Below, piece after piece: positions 29,259 through 39,458 of a stretch of 64,000 nucleotides of DNA. The stretch lies in contig CAZSBG010000015.1 of NCBI GenBank assembly GCA_964605145.1, positions 373 through 64,372 on the forward strand, in the 5' to 3' direction. The stretch is from an uncultured Cytophagia bacterium. Lineage in GTDB: Bacteria; Zhuqueibacterota; Zhuqueibacteria; Thermofontimicrobiales; Thermofontimicrobiaceae. Numbering within the stretch: the first letter of the stretch is position 1; each line of letters begins with the position of its first letter. The position numbers and the translations under genes were made by a program. The notes under the pieces are model-generated. The model was not told the DNA's origin and did not search any database. It saw only the letters and a program-made list of their open reading frames with translations.

Positions 29259-30824
29259 ATGAAAATTTTCAAACCAGTACTTCTGTTTTTATTTTTACTC
29301 ATTCTGTTTTTACCGATGCAATCGCAAGCCTGCACCACTGTGATGGCCGGTAAAAAAGCAACCAAAGACGGTTCGGTGATCGTCGCCTACGCTTCGGACA
29401 GCCGCACCTCCCGAACCTGGTTCAACATCATACCGCATCAGGATTACAAGGCCGGCGCTTTGTGCGCTGTTTATAAAAACACGAAGCTGACCAAGAGTCC
29501 AAGCGATTTATCCAAAGCGATTTTCGTTGGCAATATTCCGCAGGTTGCTGAAACGTACAAATTCATCAATACATCGTATCCGTGCATGAACGAAAACCAG
29601 TTGATGATTGGCGAATCCACATTTGGCGGTTGGGACACGCTTCGCAACAAAAACGCTATGTTCACCATCGAAGAATTGTGTCGCATTGTACAGGAACGCG
29701 CCAGCACGGCTCGCGAAGCCATTTTAATTATCGATGAATTGACAAAACAGTACGGCTACAATGACGCCGGCGAACATCTCGCAATTGGCGACAAAAACGA
29801 AATCTGGTGCCTTGAAATTTTGGGCTGCGGACATGACCAGATCGGCGCAGTCTGGGCGGCCCAGCGCGTGCCGGATGATCATGTAAGCGTGGACGGCAAC
29901 GGCAGTCGAATTCGGCAGATCGACCTCGATGATCCGGAATACTTTATGGCCTCGGACAATGTCTTTGATGTGGCCATCAAATACGGCTGGTGGGATCCTG
30001 AAAGCGGCGATCCATTTGAATTCTGCTACGCATACGCGCCAGACAACAGAACAAGCCTGGCCACCCGCCGGCGCGAATGGCGCGTTTTGGATTTGTTAGC
30101 GCCTTCGTTGAAGCTCGATCCCAATTCCGAAAACTACCCGTTTTCAGTGAAACCGGACAGCCTTGTCAAAATTCAGGATGTCATGGCGATTATGCGGGAC
30201 ACGTTCGAAAATACCCCGTTCGACATGACCAAAAATATGATTGTGAAAAATAAAAAGGGCGAAGCTGCTAAAAGTCCTTACGCCAATCCGTTTATGCATT
30301 ACGATATGATGCCGCTGTTCAAAGTGAACGGAGGCTGGAACGAAATGGGCGAGCGAACCATTGCCCGGTATTACTGTAATTTTGTGTTCGTGGCCCAGGC
30401 CCGCGACTGGCTGCCGGACCCCATCGGCGGATTGGTGTGGTTTGGCTATGACAACCCGGCCATGACCGCCTACGCGCCAATTTATGTCGGAATAACCGAT
30501 GTGCCGGATTCCTACAAAATCAATGGACGCGGTGGCTTCAATCACGATTGCGCGTGGTGGGCGTTCAACCGCGTGGCGGATTTGTCGGCCCAAAAATGGG
30601 GCTGGATGCGATTGGATGTGGACTCAGCCCGAATCGCTGTTGAACAAAGAGCTTTTTCTCAACAAAAGGAAATCGAAGAAAAAGCAGTGTACCTGTTTCA
30701 GAAAAATCCCAAAAAAGCGAAAAAATTTCTGACCCAATACAGCAATGAATTTATGGAACGAATTGTTCAGGATTGGTGGAAATTAGGCGATGATTTGTGG
30801 ACCAGGTATACCGGGAAGTTTTGA
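29259..30824 (+). CDS. Secreted C69-family dipeptidase (Ntn hydrolase)
   Basis: Signal peptide ending SQA followed by N-terminal nucleophile CTT; MNENQLMIGESTFGG and WAAQRVPDDH. Confidence 0.9.
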   Translation: MKIFKPVLLFLFLLILFLPMQSQACTTVMAGKKATKDGSVIVAYASDSRTSRTWFNIIPHQDYKAGALCAVYKNTKLTKSPSDLSKAIFVGNIPQVAETYKFINTSYPCMNENQLMIGESTFGGWDTLRNKNAMFTIEELCRIVQERASTAREAILIIDELTKQYGYNDAGEHLAIGDKNEIWCLEILGCGHDQIGAVWAAQRVPDDHVSVDGNGSRIRQIDLDDPEYFMASDNVFDVAIKYGWWDPESGDPFEFCYAYAPDNRTSLATRRREWRVLDLLAPSLKLDPNSENYPFSVKPDSLVKIQDVMAIMRDTFENTPFDMTKNMIVKNKKGEAAKSPYANPFMHYDMMPLFKVNGGWNEMGERTIARYYCNFVFVAQARDWLPDPIGGLVWFGYDNPAMTAYAPIYVGITDVPDSYKINGRGGFNHDCAWWAFNRVADLSAQKWGWMRLDVDSARIAVEQRAFSQQKEIEEKAVYLFQKNPKKAKKFLTQYSNEFMERIVQDWWKLGDDLWTRYTGKF

Positions 30825-30876
30825 TAATTTTAAGATTTTTACATACCAAAATAATTTATTAATCTCAAACATCACT

Positions 30877-31125
30877 ATGGACACATATAAAATATCAGAA
30901 AATGAGATAGCTTCTTTAAAAATTCAATTCGAGATATTCAAGAAACTTGACATGTCTCAAAAATTATTACAGACCTTTGAGCTATCTGAAAATTTACAAG
31001 ATATTACAAAATCAGAAATCCAGAAAAATCATCCTGAATATAATCAAAAGCAAATTGTTCGACTTTTTCTAAAACGGATATTGGACAAAAAATTACATCA
31101 AAAAATTTACAGTAATTTATTTTGA
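30877..31125 (+). CDS. Small hypothetical protein, likely partner of the downstream nucleotidyltransferase
   Basis: Low-GC 82-aa ORF (IQKNHPEY) coupled to the next gene. Confidence 0.55.
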   Translation: MDTYKISENEIASLKIQFEIFKKLDMSQKLLQTFELSENLQDITKSEIQKNHPEYNQKQIVRLFLKRILDKKLHQKIYSNLF

Positions 31126-31130
31126 AATCT

Positions 31131-31700
31131 ATGACCGGTCAAAAAAAATTCTTGTCAAACATCATTCGCAATTTGGATGTAGCAAATATCCCGTATATGA
31201 TATGTGGTTCACTGAGCAGCTCATTATACGGGGAGCCCAGAGCAACAATGGATATTGACATAATCATTAAATGTGGGATAAAACAAATTCAAAAATTTAT
31301 TCATGAATTTCCAGAAAATGATTATTACGCTGATTTAGATTCTGCTGAAGAAGCATTAAGAACAAAATCTATGTTCAATATCATTGATTTAAATAGCGGC
31401 TGGAAAGCTGATTTCATTTTTCTTAAAGATAGTGAATTTGCGCATGAAGAGTTCGCAAGAAGAAAATCGGCCAAATTACTTGGTATTGATCTGAAGATTC
31501 TATCAGAAGAAGATACAATTTTAAGTAAACTTGAATGGGCAAAAATTGGGGAGTCAGAGCGTCAATTTCGTGATGCCCTCGGCGTAGCAATTGCAAAATG
31601 GGAAGTTATAGACTTCAAATATTTAAAAAGTTGGGCTCGTAAAATTGATGTCGAAACTTTATTAGACAAATTATTAGAAGAAGCGAAAAAACTACAATAA
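31131..31700 (+). CDS. Nucleotidyltransferase-fold protein (DUF6036-like)
   Basis: YMICGSLSSSLYGEPRATMDIDI, EDTILSKLEW and SERQFRDA. Confidence 0.8.
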   Translation: MTGQKKFLSNIIRNLDVANIPYMICGSLSSSLYGEPRATMDIDIIIKCGIKQIQKFIHEFPENDYYADLDSAEEALRTKSMFNIIDLNSGWKADFIFLKDSEFAHEEFARRKSAKLLGIDLKILSEEDTILSKLEWAKIGESERQFRDALGVAIAKWEVIDFKYLKSWARKIDVETLLDKLLEEAKKLQ

Positions 31701-31736
31701 GACATGTGATACAGGAATAATCGATAAGGACAAAAT

Positions 31737-32999
31737 ATGGCAAAGACGTTCGCTGAAAAATTATTAGCAAAACAGGCAGGATTGAACGAAACCATTGCCG
31801 GTCAGATTGTGACGGTAAAGCCGGCTCACCTGTTGACCCACGATAATACCGCCGCCATCATCGGCAAGATTGGGAAAGAACTGGATAAATATGGCGTTGT
31901 CAATGATGAGCTTTCCGTGATTGTGCTCGACCATGTGGTGCCGGCGGCCAATGAAAAAACCGCTGCCAATCACAAAGCGGTCAGGGAATTTGTGAAAAAA
32001 TTCGGATTGAAAAATTTCTTCGATGCCGGGGAAGGAATCTGTCATCAAATCGTGATTGAAAAAGGATTTGCGATCCCGGGAACCATCATCGTTGGTAGCG
32101 ATTCGCATACCTGCTCGTATGGTGCGCTGGGCGTATTTTCAACCGGCATCGACAGAACAGAAGCGGCCGCGCTCATGCTGACCGGCGAAACCTGGCTGAA
32201 AGTACCGCAGAGCATTAAAATTTCATTAAAAGGTACATTTGCTCCCGGCGTTTCTGCCAAAGATTTGGTGTTGCAAATTATTGGCGATATCAAAGCCGAC
32301 GGCGCTAATTACTGTTCGGTGGAATTCCACGGGGAAATTCACAATCTCACCATCGAAGAACGCATCACCATCGCCAACATGGGCGTGGAAATGGGCGCCA
32401 AAGTCGCTGTTTTCCCGGTCGATGAAAAAGCCGAAGCGTATCTGGAATCGGTCGGCGTTCCGAGGGGCAGCTACGATAAAATCTGGGCGGATGACGGCGC
32501 TAACTATATTTGCGAATTGAATTACGATTTGTCCGCGCTGGAGCCGGTGGTGGCCAAACCGCACACGGTGGACAATCTCGCCAAAATTTCTGAAGTGGAG
32601 GGCATCGAATTGCATCAGTGCCTGTTGGGAACCTGCACCAATGGTCGGCTGAGCGATTTCGAAATAGCCGCTTCCATTGTAAAGGGAAAGAAAATCTCTC
32701 ACAATGTGCGATTTCTTATTTTGTCGGCGTCCCGTTCTGTATTCAATAAGGCCATTAAATTGGGATACATTGAAACACTGAGCGAGGCCGGCGCCATGAT
32801 TTTACCGACCGGCTGCGGCCCCTGTCTCGGCGCGCATCTTGGAGTGCTCGCCCCGGGCGAAGTCTGCCTCAGCACGGCCAACCGCAATTTCAAAGGGCGC
32901 ATGGGCTGCAAAGAAGCGGAAATTTACCTTGCCAGCCCGGCCACGGTTGCTGCTTCGGCCTTGACCGGTAAAATCACTGATCCGCGAAAGATTTCATAA
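31737..32999 (+). CDS. 3-isopropylmalate dehydratase/homoaconitase-family large subunit
   Basis: GICHQ, GSDSHTC, GTCTNGR, GCGPCLG and STANRNFKGRMG. Confidence 0.9.
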   Translation: MAKTFAEKLLAKQAGLNETIAGQIVTVKPAHLLTHDNTAAIIGKIGKELDKYGVVNDELSVIVLDHVVPAANEKTAANHKAVREFVKKFGLKNFFDAGEGICHQIVIEKGFAIPGTIIVGSDSHTCSYGALGVFSTGIDRTEAAALMLTGETWLKVPQSIKISLKGTFAPGVSAKDLVLQIIGDIKADGANYCSVEFHGEIHNLTIEERITIANMGVEMGAKVAVFPVDEKAEAYLESVGVPRGSYDKIWADDGANYICELNYDLSALEPVVAKPHTVDNLAKISEVEGIELHQCLLGTCTNGRLSDFEIAASIVKGKKISHNVRFLILSASRSVFNKAIKLGYIETLSEAGAMILPTGCGPCLGAHLGVLAPGEVCLSTANRNFKGRMGCKEAEIYLASPATVAASALTGKITDPRKIS

Positions 33000-33017
33000 G
33001 CCCAAGCAAAATTATTC

Positions 33018-33134
33018 GCCACCAAGACTCGAAGACTCAAAGAAACTGAAAGCAGAGCTATATTTGCTTCAACAAATTATGGCCATTAAAATAAACAAAT
33101 TCAGTTTTTCTTCGCGACTTGGCGTCTTGGCGGC
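33018..33134. repeat. Imperfect palindromic intergenic element
   Basis: GCCACCAAGAC(TCGAAGACTCAAAG)...GTCTTGGCGGC arms; a similar left arm occurs at 1874-1898. Confidence 0.5.
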
Positions 33135-33165
33135 ATAATATATCGACAAACCTACGAGGAAAAAT

Positions 33166-33657
33166 ATGTCAGAACATAAAGTATGGAAATATGGAAATGA
33201 TATCAATACCGATATGCTTTTTCCGGGGAAATATACATACACATGCAGCACTGCCGAAGAAATCAAACCGCATTTGTTAGAAGACCTGGATCCAAATTTT
33301 GCCAGCCAGGTGAAACCGGGCGATATTATTTTCGCGGGAAGCAACTTCGGCTGTGGCAGCTCGCGGGAGCAACCGGCGCTGGGCCTGCGCGCCGTGGGAA
33401 TTCAGGCCGTTGTTGCCAAAAGTTACGCCCGAATTTTCTATCGCGCGGCCATTAACCAGGGCTTGCTGCTCATCGAATGCCCGGAAGCCATAGATGCATT
33501 CAAAGAAGGAGATGCGGTTGAACTTGATTTGCAGAACGGAACCATCATCGTGGGTGGACAGAAATTCTCTTTCCCGACCTTGCCGACGGAGATTTTGGCT
33601 ATCCGAGATGCAGGTGGCTTGCTGGAATGTACCCGCCAAAAATTGGAAAGTCGATAA
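33166..33657 (+). CDS. 3-isopropylmalate dehydratase/homoaconitase-family small subunit
   Basis: DINTDMLFPGKY, NFGCGSSRE and SYARIFYR. Confidence 0.9.
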   Translation: MSEHKVWKYGNDINTDMLFPGKYTYTCSTAEEIKPHLLEDLDPNFASQVKPGDIIFAGSNFGCGSSREQPALGLRAVGIQAVVAKSYARIFYRAAINQGLLLIECPEAIDAFKEGDAVELDLQNGTIIVGGQKFSFPTLPTEILAIRDAGGLLECTRQKLESR

Positions 33658-33713
33658 TTTTTTTCTGATGAAAAATTGATTTTCGAAACCATTGTGCGTA
33701 AAGGAACGGTCTC

Positions 33714-36560
33714 ATGAAAAAATATTTTTTCTTCGTATGGACACTTGTTTTTATTTTTCAATTGCATGCCCAGGAATTTGTCAATATTACGTTTCGCCAT
33801 TATTCTTCCAATCCCGGGGTTACCAGTGCGTTCGTGCCGGGCTCATTCAATAATTGGGGAAATAATAGCAATGGCAACATTTCTCCCACCGATCCTTCGC
33901 TGATGACTTTCGTCGATTCTTTGGGATGCTGGATTAAGGATTACCGCTTTCAGGTCGGTTCAACCCACTATTATAAATTCAATGAAAATGGCACGTCTGA
34001 TGGATGGCTGCCGGACCCGTTGAATCCATTGAGGGAAACCGGCGGGTACAACAATTCGATTTTGCAGGTCAATGAACTGATGACATTCGAAACGCTACCC
34101 CAAAACGGCGCGGTTATTTCGGAACAAGAGCCGGAGCTCGTCCTCGGCGTGTTCACGACTGAAAACGATTCCCTGCTTTTAAGCCAGTCCACAATTACGC
34201 TCAATGAAACTATTGCATCCACGTTTGAGAACTGGTTCGTCACGGACCTTTCCCTTCTCAAATATTCGCTGCCGGAATTGAGCAACGGCAACCACAAAAT
34301 TGTACTGAACATCACCACAAAAAACGGAAAAACATTATCCGACTCCGTAAGTTTCACCTACCAGGGCGCATCGCCGGAGATTCGCCCTCTGCCGTCCGGG
34401 GTTGTGGATGGAATTAATTACATCGATCAATCCACGGTTACGCTGGTGTTGCACGCGCCATACACAAAGGATTTTGTGTACGTCATTGGCGATTTCAACG
34501 ACTGGAACGTAGATCAAAATTATTTCATGTATAAAACGCCGGACTTACAGCGATACTGGCTGACCATTGAAGAACTCAATCCGAACCAGGAATATGCATA
34601 CCAGTATTTTGTCGATGGTGAAATTAAAATTGCTGATCCATATACAGAAAAAATTCTCGATCCGTGGCATGATCAATACATCACCGATGCGACCTACCCG
34701 GACCTAAAATCTTATCCCACGGGAAACACGACTGAAATCGTTTCTGTTTTTCAAATAGACGACGATGAGTACGAATGGCAATCCACGGATTACAGTCGGC
34801 CGGAAAAGAAAAATTTGGTCATTTACGAATTATTGATCCGCGATTTTGTAGCTGAGCACGATTACAAAACGCTCATCGATTCTCTCGGTTATTTCGAACG
34901 CCTCGGCATTAACGCCATCGAAGTGATGCCGGTTTCGGAATTCGAAGGCAATGAAAGCTGGGGTTACAATCCGTCGTTTTATTTCGCGCCGGACAAATAT
35001 TACGGACCGAAAAATGAACTGAAGCGATTCATCGATGAATGCCATAAGCGCGGTATCGCGGTTATTCTGGATATCGTGCTCAATCACTCGTTTGGGCAAT
35101 CACCGCTGGTTCGGCTTTTCAGCGAAGGCCTGTATGGCCCGCCTTCAGCAGACAACATCTGGTACAACAACGACTACGATCCAAATTATGCCGGCTATCA
35201 GGCGCGGCACCCCTACAATGTTGGTTATGATTTTAATCATGAAAGTTATTCGACGAAACAATTCATCGATCGTGTGAACGCATTCTGGATCGAGGAATAT
35301 CGAGCCGACGGATTTCGGTTCGACCTGACAAAAGGTATGACGCAACGAGTGAGCTATACCAGCAATGGCAATTATAATGAATCCCTTGCCAGCTCGTACG
35401 ATGCGTCGCGAATCGCCATTTTGAAACGAATGGCAGATCAAATCTGGGCTGTCGATTCCACCGCCTACGTCATTCTGGAACATTTCTGTGACACCACCGA
35501 AGAAAAGGAGCTTTCCGATTACGGGATGATGCTGTGGGGAAATTCAAATTATAATTATACGGAAGCAACCATGGGCTACCATGATTCCAATAAATCCGAT
35601 TTTTCGTGGGGCTATTACAAAACTCGCGGCTGGGCCAATCCCCATTTGGTAACCTACATGGAAAGCCACGATGAAGAGCGGCTGATGTACAAAAATCTGG
35701 AATACGGAAATAGCTCCGGCAGCTATTCAATTAAAGAATTGGGAACCGCGTTGAACCGAATTAAGTTAGCTGCCGCGTTTTTCTTCACTTTGCCCGGGCC
35801 GAAAATGATCTGGCAATTTGGTGAATTGGGATATGATTATTCGATAAATTACGATGGCCGTCTTGGGAACAAACCCATTCGGTGGGATTATTATCAGAAT
35901 CAAGATCGACGCAATTTGTATGAAACGTATTCAGAGTTAATTAAGCTTCGAAAAGAAAACGCGGCGTTCACCAGCCCAAATTCCCAGGTGGCCCTTGCAG
36001 TCGGCGGTTCGAACAAACGGATTAATATCTCCCACGAAACAATGAATGTAACAATCGTCGGTAATTTCGGTGTGACAACTGCGAGCATCAACCCGGCGTT
36101 CCAGCACACAGGTGTTTGGTACGATTATTTTTACGGCGACAGCCTGACAGTGACAGACATCGGCCAACTCATTTCATTGAACGCCGGCCAATTTCATATT
36201 TATACGGACAAGAAACTCGTTTCGCCCGGCTCGGGTATCATTGACAAAGTAGAAAAATTCGAGACAGAAGCGCCGGTGAGTTTTCAGCTTTATCAGAATT
36301 ATCCCAACCCGTTCAACTCGACGACGACAATCCGGTATACCTTGAACGATCTGCAACCGACGTTTACGAAAGTGCAGATTTTCAACATCCGCGGACAACA
36401 CATCAAAACGCTGGTCGCAAAGAAGCAGGCCGTCGGATTCTATCAGGTTGAATGGGATGGCACCGACGAAAACCAGGCGCCTGTCAGCAGTGGCGTGTAT
36501 TTGTACTCCATTAAATCAGGAGCTGAGTCAATCTTGAAAAAGCTGGTTCTGGTGAAGTAG
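33714..36560 (+). CDS. Secreted GH13 alpha-amylase-family glycosidase with T9SS/FlgD-like CTD
   Basis: WGYNP, DIVLNH, DGFRFD, ILEH and ESHDEE; C-terminal QNYPNPFN...WDG...SGVY. Confidence 0.9.
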   Translation: MKKYFFFVWTLVFIFQLHAQEFVNITFRHYSSNPGVTSAFVPGSFNNWGNNSNGNISPTDPSLMTFVDSLGCWIKDYRFQVGSTHYYKFNENGTSDGWLPDPLNPLRETGGYNNSILQVNELMTFETLPQNGAVISEQEPELVLGVFTTENDSLLLSQSTITLNETIASTFENWFVTDLSLLKYSLPELSNGNHKIVLNITTKNGKTLSDSVSFTYQGASPEIRPLPSGVVDGINYIDQSTVTLVLHAPYTKDFVYVIGDFNDWNVDQNYFMYKTPDLQRYWLTIEELNPNQEYAYQYFVDGEIKIADPYTEKILDPWHDQYITDATYPDLKSYPTGNTTEIVSVFQIDDDEYEWQSTDYSRPEKKNLVIYELLIRDFVAEHDYKTLIDSLGYFERLGINAIEVMPVSEFEGNESWGYNPSFYFAPDKYYGPKNELKRFIDECHKRGIAVILDIVLNHSFGQSPLVRLFSEGLYGPPSADNIWYNNDYDPNYAGYQARHPYNVGYDFNHESYSTKQFIDRVNAFWIEEYRADGFRFDLTKGMTQRVSYTSNGNYNESLASSYDASRIAILKRMADQIWAVDSTAYVILEHFCDTTEEKELSDYGMMLWGNSNYNYTEATMGYHDSNKSDFSWGYYKTRGWANPHLVTYMESHDEERLMYKNLEYGNSSGSYSIKELGTALNRIKLAAAFFFTLPGPKMIWQFGELGYDYSINYDGRLGNKPIRWDYYQNQDRRNLYETYSELIKLRKENAAFTSPNSQVALAVGGSNKRINISHETMNVTIVGNFGVTTASINPAFQHTGVWYDYFYGDSLTVTDIGQLISLNAGQFHIYTDKKLVSPGSGIIDKVEKFETEAPVSFQLYQNYPNPFNSTTTIRYTLNDLQPTFTKVQIFNIRGQHIKTLVAKKQAVGFYQVEWDGTDENQAPVSSGVYLYSIKSGAESILKKLVLVK

Positions 36561-36570
36561 GGGGAATTTT

Positions 36571-37290
36571 ATGTGCCGAATGATTCTTTGCGCGGGAAAA
36601 TCCAATCTCAACTGGCTCATCGATGACATGATCGAAATGGCTTCCGACCGAAACGAAAGGCATGAAGAAAATGAAAATACAGAATTCAGGCACGAAGACG
36701 GCTGGGGAATCAGCTATCTTTCAGGGAATCGATTGAAGACGTTTCATTCTCTCGCGCCAATTTTCGATGATCCACAAATCGATCAATTTAGAAATCTTGA
36801 ATCCCGGCTCGTTATTCTGCACACAAGGCATGCTTCAAAGGGAGCAGTTGATATTCACAATGTTCACCCCTTTGAAGCTATTCTCAATAAAATTCCCTAC
36901 GTTTTCTTTCACAATGGCACTGTTCGCGACGAACTTGTATTCGACGAGCAATTCAACGTCAAAGGAACTACCGACTCGGAGCGTTATTTCTATTATCTCC
37001 TGTCTTCAAATGAAGAAAAACTGAATGCTATTTCCCTGAAAAAAAAACTCGGTGCTTTGACTAATTTTACAGGAGCAAACTTCATTCTTTCAAACGGAGA
37101 GACTTCATTTGTCACAAACTGGTGGGCGATCAATCCCAATTACTATCGAATGAAAATGTTAGCCGAAAACGAATTCACGCTTTTTTCTTCTGAAATTTTG
37201 CCTCATTATAAAAATCATTCCTGGACTTTTCTTGAAAATCATGATATTTTTGAAATTGATACATCGACCCACACGGCGACTCGATCTTAA
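36571..37290 (+). CDS. Class II glutamine amidotransferase-like protein
   Basis: N-terminal MCRM, HEDGWG, HTRHAS, NVHPF, HNG and GTTDSE. Confidence 0.85.
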   Translation: MCRMILCAGKSNLNWLIDDMIEMASDRNERHEENENTEFRHEDGWGISYLSGNRLKTFHSLAPIFDDPQIDQFRNLESRLVILHTRHASKGAVDIHNVHPFEAILNKIPYVFFHNGTVRDELVFDEQFNVKGTTDSERYFYYLLSSNEEKLNAISLKKKLGALTNFTGANFILSNGETSFVTNWWAINPNYYRMKMLAENEFTLFSSEILPHYKNHSWTFLENHDIFEIDTSTHTATRS

Positions 37291-37476
37291 CTTCATGATA
37301 CATATTTTTCTATTTCAACCTTTTGACGATTATAATTTCAGCAGCCAGTTTCGATGAAATTTTTTTTCCGTATTTAAAAATCATTTCTTGTTTTTAATAA
37401 AATCAATATTTATATTATATTGTTGGCTTAATCGCCAAATCCTCATTAATTCTTCTTAACAAATGGAGGTAAAAAT

Positions 37477-39390
37477 ATGAAACTGTTGTTTAAAACATTT
37501 TTCCTTTTTATCATTCTATCTTTATTTTTTAACCTGCCCGCCTTTGCGATTGACACGTACAAGCCCTCAACAGGGTATCACAATTACAAGGCGCTCACTA
37601 AATCCCTGGAAGATTTGGCCAAGCAAAATAAAAAAATAACCAAGCTTTCGTCCATTGGAAAAACGCTTCAGGGCCGCGACATCTGGATGATTCAGATTTC
37701 CGGGGACAAAGGCAAAGCACCGGAAGAAAAACAGGCGCTTCTCATCTGTGGGAACCTGGAAGCCGACCATGTTGTCGGCAGCGAAGTCGCTCTTGGCATT
37801 GCTGAAAAATTAGTAAGCGGCTACGGTTCGGACCTGGAAATAACCAACATTCTCGACTCACGAACATTTTACATCATTCCCAGAATTAATCCGGATGGCG
37901 CCGAAATGTTTTTCGAAAAAACACTGACAGACATCGAGGGAAATCTGAAGCCCCGCGATGACGATTACGACTGGCTCATCGACGAAGACGGACCGGAAGA
38001 TCTCAATGGCGATGGATTAATCACGCTCATGCGCGTGAAGGATAAAGATGGCGAATGGTTCATGGACAGCAAAGATAATCGCGTCATGTTCAGGAAAAAA
38101 CAGGAAACATCGCTGGACAGCCTTTACAGCGTTTACCCGGAAGGAATCGACAATGACGGCGACGAGCTTTACAACGAAGACGGCCCTGGGGGATTCAATA
38201 TCAATCGAAATTTCCCGCACAATTTTGGCTACGACATTAAAGGCCTCGGCGTTTATCCAGCATCTAAAAACGAAACACGTGCGGTCATTGATTTTATGAA
38301 TCGCTACATTCCATCATTGAAAACCCAGCCGCATAAAAATATTTGCAGCGTGCTGATTTTTTCAAAATTCGATAATCTGGCAGCATCCCCCGGCATCGAA
38401 TGCGGGAAGCCGGAATTCCCGGAAGTCAGAAAAGAAGATGATGCCCCCAGAACATCATTCCGTTTTGGCAGAAGACGTTCATCAAGTCAGGGTGCGCCCG
38501 GGGGCAAGGCCAAAAATCCCCAGCCACAAAAAACCGAAGACAAAGATTTACCGCTATTCAAAAAAGTGAGCGAGAATTATAAAAAAATCACCCATATTGA
38601 GAGCGCTGTGTCTGAAAAACCATTTGGCTCCATGCTGGAATGGGCCTACTTTCAATACGGCGTACCTTCCTTTTCGAGTAATTTATGGTCGCCACGAAAC
38701 GAAAAGAAAGATAAACCAGAAAAAAAGGAAGGCGACCTCGAACAACAAGAAAATGAACAACAACGTCCGCAGGGAAGAAAGGGCGCGAGTCGCCAATTTT
38801 CCGGGGATCGAATCTCTAAGAAATCTTCACAATCTCAATCCAAAAGTAAGGGTTCCCGCTGGCTAAACTGGATAGAAAAAAATAATAATGGGGTGGGATT
38901 TGTGGATTGGGAAACTTTTCAGCACAAACAACTTGGAGAGGTCGAGATCGGTGGTTTTTACCCCTATCTCAAAACGAATGCTCCTCACAGTTTAATCGAC
39001 TCGCTCAGCCAGAGCCATGCAAAATTCGCTCTTTATCTGGCATCTCAGTTTGCTGAAATTAAAATGGATTCTCCGGAGATTAAAAAATTATCCACTAATT
39101 TATACGAGTTAAAAATTAAAGTTCACAACACAGGGAAATTTCCATACGCAACTGAAATGGGTCAAAAAAGCCGAAACGTCACTCCCATCGTATTACGCTT
39201 GAAATTCGAAGATGATGAAAGCATGAAACTTTTTGGCGGTGAAAAACGCCACGACCTTCGCAACCTGGAACCGGGCGCGGAAAAGGAATACAAATGGGTC
39301 ATTATTTCTCCCCCGGGCAAAAAAATTGATTTCAATTTATTGGCTCGGAAAGGCGGCGGAAAATTCAATTCATCGGTCGTTCTGGAGTAG
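37477..39390 (+). CDS. Secreted M14 carboxypeptidase homologue with degenerate Zn ligands
   Basis: SIGKTLQGR, INPDG and NINRNFP present, but GNLEADH replaces the HxxE motif. Confidence 0.8.
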   Translation: MKLLFKTFFLFIILSLFFNLPAFAIDTYKPSTGYHNYKALTKSLEDLAKQNKKITKLSSIGKTLQGRDIWMIQISGDKGKAPEEKQALLICGNLEADHVVGSEVALGIAEKLVSGYGSDLEITNILDSRTFYIIPRINPDGAEMFFEKTLTDIEGNLKPRDDDYDWLIDEDGPEDLNGDGLITLMRVKDKDGEWFMDSKDNRVMFRKKQETSLDSLYSVYPEGIDNDGDELYNEDGPGGFNINRNFPHNFGYDIKGLGVYPASKNETRAVIDFMNRYIPSLKTQPHKNICSVLIFSKFDNLAASPGIECGKPEFPEVRKEDDAPRTSFRFGRRRSSSQGAPGGKAKNPQPQKTEDKDLPLFKKVSENYKKITHIESAVSEKPFGSMLEWAYFQYGVPSFSSNLWSPRNEKKDKPEKKEGDLEQQENEQQRPQGRKGASRQFSGDRISKKSSQSQSKSKGSRWLNWIEKNNNGVGFVDWETFQHKQLGEVEIGGFYPYLKTNAPHSLIDSLSQSHAKFALYLASQFAEIKMDSPEIKKLSTNLYELKIKVHNTGKFPYATEMGQKSRNVTPIVLRLKFEDDESMKLFGGEKRHDLRNLEPGAEKEYKWVIISPPGKKIDFNLLARKGGGKFNSSVVLE

Positions 39391-39458
39391 CATTATTGTG
39401 TTCTCTTGAAAAAAGGTTTTTTAACTATTTGACAATCCCATTTGGAGGTATTAATAAA

